A stretch of 63,985 nucleotides of DNA, counting the filler, from Lenisia limosa (lineage: Eukaryota > Protista > Breviatea): assembly GCA_001655205.1 (NCBI GenBank). It is 6 parts of 6 records of this genome, joined end to end, with 100 filler letters (N's around TTAATTAATTAA, not from the genome) between each part and the next. Parts side by side here need not be neighbours in the genome. Positions count along the whole stretch, not along the records: positions 1 to 27,513 come from LPNZ01010207.1; 5 more parts are not named here. The stretch is one strand, 5' to 3'. This document shows, piece after piece, positions 12,656-23,636 of the stretch; positions within the stretch are counted from its first letter, which is position 1; every line of letters starts with the position of its first letter. A model generated the notes under the pieces. That model had not been told where the DNA came from and ran no database searches. It saw only the letters and a program-made list of their open reading frames with translations. The translations under genes were made by a program, and so were the position numbers.

Positions 12656-13308
12656 TGTACTCAAAAGGACTCTATAGTCTTTCTTCTGTTGTACTAAAAA
12701 CTGTTAAGTTAATAAAAAGTACAAAAAGTGATTTTTAGTTGAGTTGTTCCAAGTTCCAGTTTTCTCAAACTTTCAAACGGAGAATCGGAAAGTTCAGTTC
12801 ATTTCAGTCAAGCCTTCTACCATTGCCATGGTTTCATGGTTTAACAAAAAGTCAAATATAAAGATATAAATACATGATGTAGCTTTTGTGTTTTAAAATA
12901 GTTGCGATTCTGAGACCCAATCTGACCACGCTCTACCACTACTCTAAATTGAACAGAAACAGTACATTACAATACAATCAGAAATGTCAACCTAGAAATA
13001 GAAATAGAATAGAAGTAGTAGACCCAAAACAGAATAAACAAAACCAATCACTCCTTCCTAGAAGGGAACAGAGGAACCTCAATACCATCAACCAATACGG
13101 CCAAATTATCGTCAAGCATCCTAGCGGACACCCTGCGGACATCTGCTCGATTACCTATATATGTCATTTGGTAGTCTCTCTACTGAAGCAGAACATTCGA
13201 AAGTGTAAAGTAGTAGCCTGAAAGAGAGATAACATTACAAACCACCACGCATGTCATTTCACTCAAAAAATCATGAAAACAAATACAATTGTAGAAATTA
13301 GATGCTTT

Positions 13309-14406
13309 TTACCAACTTTTCTTGACTTTTCGAAGAGTAGACTCGGACGAAGACTTAACCATTGTACCGGTGAATGACGCCGTCTCCACGATTGCAGGCG
13401 GTGTAACCACAATATGACTGTCATGTGACCTCATGAGCGCAATGCCCTCAGCGGCACGTTCTTGTTGGTAGACCTGCAAGTTAACAAAGGACAGCTGTGT
13501 TATCTTGTTTTTCAATTGGAAAACAAACGGATTGAATTGAAATTACTTTGATATCCATACTAATGTTTTATCAATGTAATTTGAAAAAAAAAAACACAAA
13601 AACAACAAAAAATAATCAGAAGCCCCTCATCATAGACACACATACAACACTCATATCTATTTTTTATTATGTGGTTATTGGGAATCAATAGCGCATACCT
13701 CCCAAAATTCAGCCGGGCATCCAGTAGGCACGTTAGGCGGGCGCCGTCTTGGGCTGACGATCGCCTCCAACTGGGGCGACGGGATGGCAATGGAGGATGG
13801 GAAGCTCGGCCCAGTGATAGCTCGCGACTGGCGCATATCGGGAGATCCTGCAGAAGCAGCTGAAAAGGGGCTGACAGGGGACATGTGTGTCATTGGGGGG
13901 CAGGACGGGGGGCGATGGGTTGCGCGCGGCGGAGATAATACATTTGCCCAGGTAGGCTTAACACCGGGCACGGATTGGACTGACTTGATTGAAGAGTTCA
14001 AAGGATCATCAAGGTCAGAGTCAGGTGGTGGTGAAGTAAGATTAAGACTTTTCAACTCCTCGACAGATACCATCTGAACAGGTTAACACCCAAATAGGCA
14101 ATTTGGTACTCTGAAGCCATAATGTGAAGCTTACGCTGAGAGTTCCAAAGGGATCATGGCGGCTTACGTCTGAAAAGCAACTCTAGGAATTATAAACCAT
14201 TGTAACGATAAAACAAACCTTTATAGAAGAATTGAGCTCATTATCTGGTGAGGGCGACCTGCTCGGTCTGGGCAAGGGGCGGGCCTCGTCTGTCAACTGG
14301 AAGGCTTCCTCCAAACTGAAGAGTTATGCTTATCAATATAAAATGATAACAAAATAAAGCAAGAAGGGAGAGGAAGACGCCAGAGCGATGAGGAGCAAAT
14401 GAACAT
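13309..14406 (-). CDS. Uncharacterised Ser/Pro-rich, probably disordered protein
   Basis: In-frame spliced exons LEEAFQLTDEARP...NSSIK | SCFSDVSRHDPFGTLS | MVSVEELKS...PAEFWE | VYQQERAAEG...KKSW*. The start exon is uncertain. Confidence 0.6.
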
Positions 14407-14760
14407 TTTTACAATACGGCTTTAAAAAGAGAAAAAATGCTGAAATTCAAGTTTCCCACTTACGAGAGCATTGCTGAGCTCATCTAAACAAAACAAATAT
14501 TACTAGCTGAAGCCCTATGTATGACAACAGCAAATCTAGAATCCTAAAGCAGGCTTATACTATCTATTCACAACCTGTCCAAATAAACCTATCATTTTAG
14601 CGCTATTTTGTTAAGAACTTCCACCACAATTCACAACAATTCAGACAGCTTCATGATTGAGAAGTTGGGGGGTACAGAAAAATTCCGATATCCCTTCGCC
14701 TTGCCCCCCCTCTCTTTTCTTTCTCCCATTGATGACAAACAATTTATATTATATTATTAT

Positions 14761-16229
14761 ATGATGATTGAAGCGTTGAGGAAAGTGATGGTAGCTGTCC
14801 TATTGCTGTGCATATTAGAAGCTGTCAGTGCAAGAGATGTACCCAAGCCAGTTGACGACTTTGTGACACACGTGAGTAATCCTTTTTTTTTTTTCACAAT
14901 TTTATTATACTACTATGCGTTTATTATATGCTGATGGGCTTAGTTTTCATACTTCAACAGGGAGTATGACAGCCGACCAACAAAGGGCTTCCAGTTTGAG
15001 GGAAGCGTATCTATTATTTGTAAAAAACACAGAATTTTAAAAGGAAAAGAGGATCTGAAATTTGAATTTCATCTCATGCAGGCAAAAGTATCTTTGTATT
15101 GTAGTTTACCAGTATTTGCGGATTTAACTTGAAAAGATGGCATGATGCTACATCTGGACGCGACCGGACCTACTGGAGAGACAACGATGTCAACCCACAG
15201 GGCTTTGCTGACTTTTATATTCACTATGAAACCGATGACCTTTGGCAGTCTTCTGGTTTGGCATGTGAATGTTTAGGTTTTACTATTATAATGAACCCGC
15301 TTATGTGGTTGTCCTGCGTTCTGCCTTTTGTAATTCAGTGTACTCTCATCATGATGACCTCATGGGAAATATAACAGAATGTTAAAATAAATGTATTTCA
15401 TAAGAAATCAATGGAAATTTCAACATAATTTTCATTCCAATTTCAGCTCCGAAAACACACGATCTATTCCTAAAGTGATTATATAGTATAATGTGATATA
15501 TATTATATATATGTAGCTGTATATAATATATTCTAATATTATCATGAAATGATATCTTCACCTTGTTTGTGATGGTGATTTGTGATGTTATTTATTTTTT
15601 TGACTCTAACCTTCTAGTAAACTTCAAGAAGTGCAACTACATGAAATGTGGAGAAGTGAACCGTTATGAATGGGAGTGGCTTGATAATGCCACATATAAC
15701 AGTATGTTGGCTCTAACACCTTCTTTTTTTGTTGTTTTTGTATTTNNNNNNNNNNNNNNNNNNNNNNNNNNNNNNNNNNNNNNNNNNNNNNNNNNNNNNN
15801 NNNNNNNNNNNNNNNNNNNNNNNNNNNNNNNNNNNNNNNNNNNNNNNNNNNNNNNNNNNNCTGGGAACAACAAATTTGGATTGACACCACATTAAGGCCC
15901 CCTCAACCTATAATTATGCATGTTTTAGGTAAACTTGGGCGACACTGTGTTTGTGACAGAGCTGTATCTTTTATGGCGTAACTCTCACCATGCTCTCGCT
16001 AACACTGCACCGCAACTGTTTTACACAAATGCAAGCTATCGCTTACATCCAGATCTTGATGATGATGCTGCTGAACCACTCGAAACCACGATTTGGCTTG
16101 AGTTCCAATCTCGTGCTCCCACTGACGGTTTGTGAAATAGTTTCATGGAAATTGTAAACATAATCGCGTTTCTGATGCAATATAGAAGAATTGGCAGTAC
16201 CAGACTTCTGTCCCGATCCTGAAGTCTAG
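14761..16229 (+). CDS. Secreted protein with signal peptide, possibly ependymin/LolA-fold-like
   Basis: Signal-peptide-like MMIEALRKVMVAVLLLCILEAVSA, aromatic beta-rich exons (WHDATSGRDRTYWRDND..., KKCNYMKCGEVNRYEWEWLDNATY) and C-terminal FQSRAPTDVPDFCPDPEV*. One internal N gap. The fold assignment is inference. Confidence 0.6.
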
Positions 16230-16354
16230 CTAATACATTGATAGGTACCTTTTTTCGTATCAATTCACACTTGAAGCTGGAATAGTACCTTTCATTGATT
16301 ACAAAAGAAACACTAACAAATATCAAAATATAAAACACTACATACATGTCGTTT

Positions 16355-18886
16355 CTAGAGTTTAGGTGCAGGAACTGGAAGAGGTACCCCCATTTCAACT
16401 GCTACCTGTAAGTGTCAAATGATGGTTTGGTGTTATTTTTAGTTTTGGAAGAAGGAATCTGACCTTCTTGATTGCACGAAGTATATCCGCCATGTCTTCA
16501 CCGTAAAGGTCTCCAATGTTCCCCATTCGGAAGGTGGTAGCCTGAACGGTAAAGAGCTTTGGAGTGGAATGTCAGAAATATCTCACCTGTGTTAATTTTC
16601 CTGGGTAAATCACAAAGCCTTGTTCTTCAAGCTTTGTGTAGAACTGCTCAAAGTCGAAGTTGGGATGACTACAAAACGTCATGTTCCAATTCTAATGGGA
16701 ATGTTATCCTGGTACAACAGCATTGAGGAAATCCGCTTACTCTGGGTAGTGGAAAGAAGTGATGATGTGTCCCATTGTGCTTTTAGGGAGATAGGCCCTA
16801 AAACCAAGCTTCTCCATACCTTCTAACTAAACAGGTAAGGTTCGAGCAAAAAGCTGGTATTGAGTAATACAAGGGGGGTAGAAGGTTTAATGAAGATTAG
16901 AACCTCTGAAAATATAAAAAAAATACTTGACATAAGCACTAAAAAATTCCCCATGGTTTAAATAAAATAGTCCACGCGTCCACCTTCAAAAATTTTGATG
17001 AAACAAAAAAAAAACAAGCTTGTGGGAATTATATACGAGGGTTGAAAAACAAAACAAAAAACAGGACCTAGCGAGTCGCATCCAAATCACTATGAAATAT
17101 GGGAATTATTGACAAACCAAGAAAAATGATAAATAATCATACCAAAAGTAAATGGTTGCTTGTGTAGCGGTCAATGCGACCTTTGACTCCTAAAGAAATC
17201 AGAAAAATGTCTTGGTATTTGATCTAAAAATAAACGCTAACGTGAAGCCACCAACCTCCTTCAAGTCGAAGCTCATCCATCGCTTGCTTGAAAGCTGCAA
17301 TTGTATGCGTGGGTGGGGTGAAACGGAATTGTCCCGTTTTTTCCAACCCTAACAGGAATCAGTTGTAAAGATATACAATACAGTTATTACAGAAACGAAG
17401 AGTCAAAAAGGACATTTTGCCATACCTTTCCATTGGTCAAGAAGACTGAGAGAGACAGAGCGCGCAAAGCCTGTGCATTTTTCCAGCTCACTTGGCTTGA
17501 AAAGAACGAAGCCAAAACCTGAAGCTGGGTAAAACTTGACTTCATTAAAGTAGTGATGGAAGAGAAATCACGATTTTTTTGACCTTTGATAAAGGAATTG
17601 CAGATACTAAGATCGTGCAAGGTTGTTCATGGAAGTGAGTGACAACAAAGCTATACCCAATAGAGCCAATCTCTTCTAAACCCACCAGGAACGCCTTGGA
17701 TGCATTTATTAGCGGAGGAAACAATGAAGTCAGCCTTGTTGGTAGCTAGGTCAAATTCGCAACCAGCAAATGATGACATAGCATCAACAAAGTAAGTTGC
17801 TCCATGTGCCTTCACAACATCTCCAAGAACTAAGCAAGTCAGTAAATGTGGTTTATTCCTATAAAAAGAAGCCTATATGGCACTATGCCTACTGTCAATA
17901 TTGTTCATGATACCAGTGGTAGTTTCACAATGCACAACAGCCACATTGCTAATATCCGGATTGGCCTCAAGATGTTTGGATACCTAAGGCGTCAGTAACT
18001 CATTTAGAAATGTTAAAGATATGGGGGAATGAATATCACAATCATACCTCGACAATATTATGGGTATCGAAATGGTCATTCTCAGGAAGCACCTGCGCGT
18101 TGAGTGAAAGGTAAACGGAATGTCTGAGAATTCAAAAGAATATATAAAGATCAAAGACTATAAACAGGGTTTTTGTACATATGCACACTATTTTCCTCAA
18201 CTTACGATAGTAGACGTTTTGATATTTAGCGTATTAGCAATGCTTGCGATTCTATGTCCATAGACACCATTGATAAGCACCAACAAATGTCCATCGCGAG
18301 GCGTGGTTGATCCTTGGCTGTTATTCATCTTTTAGGCAGTATATTGTGTTTTTACACCAATAACATGACACCTCCCCCCAACCAATGACAGACTCCACAC
18401 TGAAAGTCCCAGCACCCTGCATGAGAACTGCATCGTAGCTGTCTTGAATATCACTTGATGATGTTCTGATACAGTGAGTTTACCAGAAATTACAAACAGA
18501 AACGAAAAACAAAGGTAAAAATAATCTGTGCTTGTTGAATTTTCAGCTTCCGAGGCAAATTTATTTTCCCCACTGCCGAGCATACTCATTAGCAAGGCCG
18601 ACAAGTCCCTTTCTGACACTCTTTACAATATCAAGAAAGGTACCATCTCTGGAGCCTGCCATTGTGAGGGGGTGTTGAGAGAGGAAAAGAGTTCATGCGA
18701 TCAGGACATTTCTTCTTACCATAATCACAAAGAAGCGCTTCTCTGACGGAAGGAGTAGTTGTGAGGGGGCCGGGTGTGAATAATCGTTTCATTGGAAGTA
18801 AGCCTGCCGTCAGTTTTTTTTCAAAAACACGTTTACCTACTTGTTACTTTACTAGAGCCACCAAAGAGTTGTCGAACAATGTTCAT
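16355..18886 (-). CDS. phnW: 2-aminoethylphosphonate--pyruvate transaminase (class V aminotransferase), intron-containing
   Basis: Exons give [121 protein letters not shown] and [10 protein letters not shown]. All are PhnW-type motifs. About a dozen GT-AG introns. Confidence 0.92.
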
Positions 18887-19006
18887 TCTTGATTACCGAA
18901 TCACCCTAACCTTCAAACCCTGACTAACAAACACTACCAGTAATAACTAACAATTACCGGTAAATTACCAAAATGCAGGATTTGCATTTGCAAAGAGGGA
19001 AAAACC

Positions 19007-19468
19007 ATGGGGTGTATATATCTAACGAAAGCGCAAAAAAAAACGGAGGATTTTTATTCTTACATCCGAGCCAGGTTTTTGGCTTGTTGCTTTTTGTGCC
19101 AACGCCACAAAGTGAAAAAAGGTGAACAAAAGATAAAGTGGAAAACAAAAAGAAAGGTGAAAAGAAGAACAAAGTCAAAGAGTGAAGAACAGCAGTCCTC
19201 AATTCCCCCTGTCCTAATCAAGAAGGTTTGACATTGGTTAGAAATAGAAAAATATTTGATCTTTATTTGATTGTTTGTGCAAGAGTATGGGTTCTTTTGG
19301 TGCGAAATTGAAATGTAACATGTTCCTCAACATGCATCTTGGTCCAATTAAAACTAATGTAACCAGATGGAGATACCTACTTCATTGACATCAGTGGTTG
19401 TAGCAAGTACCGATAGCACAGAGTCAATTGTTTACGGAGCAGAAGTTCCTGACTCGTCAATCGAGTGA
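19007..19468 (+). CDS. Candidate small protein with N-terminal MG + Cys cluster + polybasic tract
   Basis: A 3-exon model gives MGFLACCFLCQRHKVKKGEQKIKWKTKRKVKRRTKSK...PPVLIKK|MEIPTS...DSSIE*. It is divergent from phnW (120 bp spacer). Confidence 0.45.
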
Positions 19469-19751
19469 GGTTGGGGTATATCTTTGGATGCACTTTTACT
19501 AAAGTGACGAAGTATGAATACTCAGAAACAAATACACAAATGAAAATTGGAGCACTCCAACAAATAAAATTTCAGCTCAGGCAATTATAAAGGTAGATGT
19601 TGAAAAATGTGTATTAACTAGGTCACATTCTCTACCAATATCAACATGGTATTTGAGTGGTGTGTGAGCACTTTTTGGAGCACTTTTTGGTATTCATAAC
19701 TTATTTCCCAGAATATGTGTTGGACTACTAAATAAGACGCGTGATGAAGCC

Positions 19752-20331
19752 ATGGCAACTTGGGTGCCTGTCAATAACTACAAATATACACTCTATAGGT
19801 TGAGGGATTTTTTAATTCTTTGCTTTGGCATTATCTTTTTTTTAGTTTCAATCCTCTTGATGAACCAACAGTTGTTCTGTGTGTGTGTGTGTGTGTAATT
19901 CTCCTATTCACCATTCCCACCATTATTCCCACCTCTCTAAAGACCCCATTCTCAACCGCTTTAACCCCCCCTCCTCCTCCCATAATTATTTTCATCCCAC
20001 CATTCATTTATTCCCAACTGTATTTCAGAGTATACTATACTCTTTTTCATTTCAGTTGGTTTGACGAAACCAGGTATGATTTACCTGTGCTTACTGGAAG
20101 AACACCATATTCAAAAACTCACCCAGTTGACCAAAAAGGTTTCATAATTTTTCAAGTGAGTACCTTCCGTTTCTTTGATTTGTCACACGACTTTCATACC
20201 ACAAGCAGTTTACTGTTCTTTCCTAGGAATCCACGGCAGTTTATATTGCCTTTTACGACATGCCAACGTTGTCTGCAAAAGCCTTAGACGACCTGAAGTC
20301 TTGGGTATCAACATACAGTTCAACAAAATAG
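19752..20331 (+). CDS. Candidate small protein of about 95 aa, unknown function
   Basis: A spliced model gives MATWVPVNNYKYTLYS...WFDETRYDLPVLTGRTPYSKTHPVDQKGFIIFQ|ESTAVYIAFYDMPTLSAKALDDLKSWVSTYSSTK*. The second exon is uncertain. Confidence 0.45.
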
Positions 20332-20483
20332 TCAATCCCCTATTGTCTCATACCATGAAGTACATTGTTCGCTGTCTTCTGAGATATCAATGGTTTTTGT
20401 TTTCATCATTTTCGTTCATTGTTTTTATAGTTTACAATTCATTTCATTAGAAACCAGTGTGTATTGATAACTGAATTCATATT

Positions 20484-21046
20484 TCAAGACTCTGTATTGT
20501 CCTTAGTATTACATCTCATGAGATTTTGAGCCAACCACAGAAGGGGGTCAAATCCAACTTCTTTTCCATCTTCGACTTGGCTTTTTGTTGGTAGTCCCGC
20601 CTCCTATTACAGTAAAAATCACAATACCTTTTTATACAAAATGTGTGCACAGAGTTGTAAGGCAAATTGGGTGAAATAATATTACACTATAATCCACTAT
20701 AATCCAATATCCCTTAATCCCTTATAGGAAGCCAAAAAAAAAACATCAGAAGAACCAATACAATGGGTGAATAAAATATCTAAATTAAGAGTAGTTTCCA
20801 CTTGCATTTTCCCTGTCCTTTTTATTCTATGTAATACAACTTACTTTTCTTCTTTCAACCTCTTTTAAAAGATTATCAAGACTTCCTTCAAGCTTGGGGA
20901 GTACACTAAATGGTTAATAACGCAATAAACCTCAATAAGTCTACAGGTTAGAAAAGGAAAAAACTCACTTTTCCTTCATATAAGGATCGTCTAAAATTGT
21001 GACATCAAGGAAACAGTCAGAGAGACATACCTGGTATAGGTTCCAT
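20484..21046 (-). CDS. 67-aa microprotein with Dpy-30/RIIa-like dimerisation-docking motif (IQCK/EFCAB5-like)
   Basis: A 4-exon in-frame model gives MEPIPDDPYMKENVLPKLEGSLDNLLKEEAGLPTKSQVEDGKEVGFDPLLWLAQNLMRCNTKDNTES*. FDPLLWLAQNLMR resembles the FDP..WLA.YL.R.N motif. Confidence 0.65.
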
Positions 21047-21285
21047 TACGCCCAGATAACAACAATGAAGTCCAGGAAAATTGATAAGTCAAAATGTAAA
21101 TTTTTTTTCTGCTTGCCAGCTTGTCCTCCTGGTTTAATATGTACAAGTTATTACAAAGCTGTGTGTGTGGGCGCGCGCTTCCAACATATATTCGAAAACT
21201 ACCGATATGATACGAAAAATAATCCATTTAAAAATACAAAAAAAAATTTCCCCGCCTCCTGTTATTTTTTATAAGAAGTAAAAGT

Positions 21286-23430
21286 ATGGGTTGTGCAAGA
21301 TTTTGTGATGTTAAAAAGGTCTCAGAGAAAAATTTGCTGACTTCTTTAGTGAGTCTCGCTGACATCTCCAAGCTCACCATCAAGGACAAGGCCTCTGACA
21401 AGGCACGCATTGTTGAATTTGTCAACTTCCTTCTCAAGGATGGTAAGATTGAAATGCTGTTCTGTAAGATTTCTGACAAATATAGATGCCACTGTTAAGT
21501 CTGTTATCCCTCTTGATTCATCAAAGGAGGATGTTTTCTCTCAAGCCGTCGCCGATGGTGTTTTCCTTGTGTTTGCGGGTTAATCAATTGGTTTCTTTCT
21601 TCTCACTTCATTAATTCGGGTCCGGTATCGTTTTAATCAATTTCACTTTTTTTTCAGGAAACTTCTTGGTGTTGCTAAGCCTGGTTGTTATGATGAAGGC
21701 CGCCTTAATGTTGGAGAAAAGCGCACTGGATTCCAGATTACTTCAAACCACGTATGAATTTATTTGTTGGGTGAACTGTCTTACGTTTAAGAACCTTGCT
21801 ATCGATACCATTAAGGATATTGGTCTTAAGGGCTACGAAGGCCTCAAGAGTGACGACTTCAACGATGCCGAAGAGTCTCTTGTCTCTGAGATTATTGAGA
21901 AGCTCATTAAGGTGAGTTTGTGAAATATTTTATTTACCTTTGACAATTTCCAACAAATTTCTTTCACTTATAACTCTTTCCAGATGTACCTCTTCACTGA
22001 CATCAACGCCAAGAGCGCTGTTTTCGGTAAATTCCTTGAGTACCTTCCTCTCATGCGCAAGCCTAAGGCCGCCGCTGCTTCCGCTGGAAAAATTATGGTT
22101 TGCATTTATGGGAAGAGCATAGTTTTAACATTGATAGCTCGCCAAGAAGGCCCCTGTTGAAGACTTCCTCCTTTCGTGGGTTAACCACCAACTTCGCTTT
22201 GTTCAGTACCCCAAGGTGATCACTAAGTTCGACGAAATGGTTTGTGGGACTTCAATTTTGGATATGATTGTTTTATTCAATGCAGGAAGATTTCGCTGGC
22301 ATAGAGATAAAGTATAACTGTTCTTAGGATCTTGATACCTGGACCCATATCCTCTACGCCATGGAGCCCGAGAAGGTGGATTTCGCTTCTCTTAACATCA
22401 CCGACGTGAGGGGTTTTGTAGTTGCCTTCTTCTGTTCTCTGTTTCCGCTTCTCTGATTAGCACCTACATATATATATATATATTATATACATTTATTCTT
22501 TAGGAGGAGAAGAAGATGGCCCACGTCGTCTCCACTCTTAAGACCCTTGGTCTCGACTACTTCGTCACTGAGGCTGAGATCAAGGACCAGAACGGCAACA
22601 TGTTCACCTACTTCTTTGCCCAGCTCCTCCGCACCGCCCCCTTGGCCAACAAGTACTGGGCCGAGCTTGGTGACAAAATCGTTGGCGAGAAGGACGCCCA
22701 GGCTGCCGCCTACTTTGCCTGGCTCAACGGGATGGGTACTTTCCGTACTACCGACGTCCGCGAGTCCATGCTCAACGGTGTTGACATTTTCTACGCCATT
22801 GACAAGGCTCTCCCCGGCAAGCTTAACTGGACCAATGTCAACAAGGGCAAGCTCAACCAGTTCAAGGCCCAGGGCAACTGGAAGATCGCTATGGACATGA
22901 TCCTTCCCCTCACCCGTTTCCCTCCCAGCCTTGAGGTTCATGAGCTCCATGGAAACGAGGACAAGGTCTTCCAACTCGTCAAGGTCCTCTACGAGTATGA
23001 CCTCAAGCAGAACCTTGTTGCCAAGGTCCCCGCTGCTGACCTCCTCGCCTGGTAAGCTCTTTTGACTATCATTTACGCAGTTATAGTTAATGAATCCCTT
23101 CTAATTAACGCAGGGCCAATGAGTTCGCTGGAGACGCCAAGGTTGACGCTATGGCCAAAGCTGGACCTGCCTACCTCGCCGCTGTCATCAACGGAATCTC
23201 TGCTAAGGTCTGCTCCACCCATGTACCTTCAACTTCATTATATCTCTTCAGTGTGTTAAGTCTTATCCATTCAGTTTGCTTGCGAGCCCACTGCTGAGGG
23301 TGTCCTGAAGTGTGCCTGGAAGCTCGGTTTCCCCACCATGGCTACCGTCCAAGGCCTTGAGAAGCCCGAGGCTGATATGGCCCATTGCTTCCTCATGAAG
23401 CTCAAGAGTGTTATGGATATGGCTTGCTAG
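21286..23430 (+). CDS. Divergent fimbrin/plastin-like actin-binding protein (tandem calponin-homology domains)
   Basis: The model gives MVSLADISK...RIVEFVNFLLKD...VIPLDSSKEDVFSQAVADGVFL.KLL..., EDFLLSWVNHQL, AAYFAWLNGMG...ESMLNGVDIFYAIDKALPGKLNWTNVN and DLLAWANE. Strongly C-ending codons suggest high expression. Confidence 0.75.
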
Positions 23431-23636
23431 GGTGTTTCTGTGTGTTGTCTAGGGCTAGTCGTAGGGATTATTTAATTAGTATACTGTTTCTCAGGAGTGT
23501 TCCAGATGAAGTAGGGGGAGGGGGGGGGGGNNNNNNNNNNNNNNNNNNNNNNNNNNNNNNNNNNNNNNNNNNNNNNNNNNNNNNNNNNNNNNNNNNNNNN
23601 NNNNNNNNNNNNNNNNNNNNNNNNNNAACTAGTAGC

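Noticed and set aside
16355-18886. phnW as bacterial contamination
   Set aside because: It is interrupted by many GT-AG introns and embedded among eukaryotic genes on one contig.
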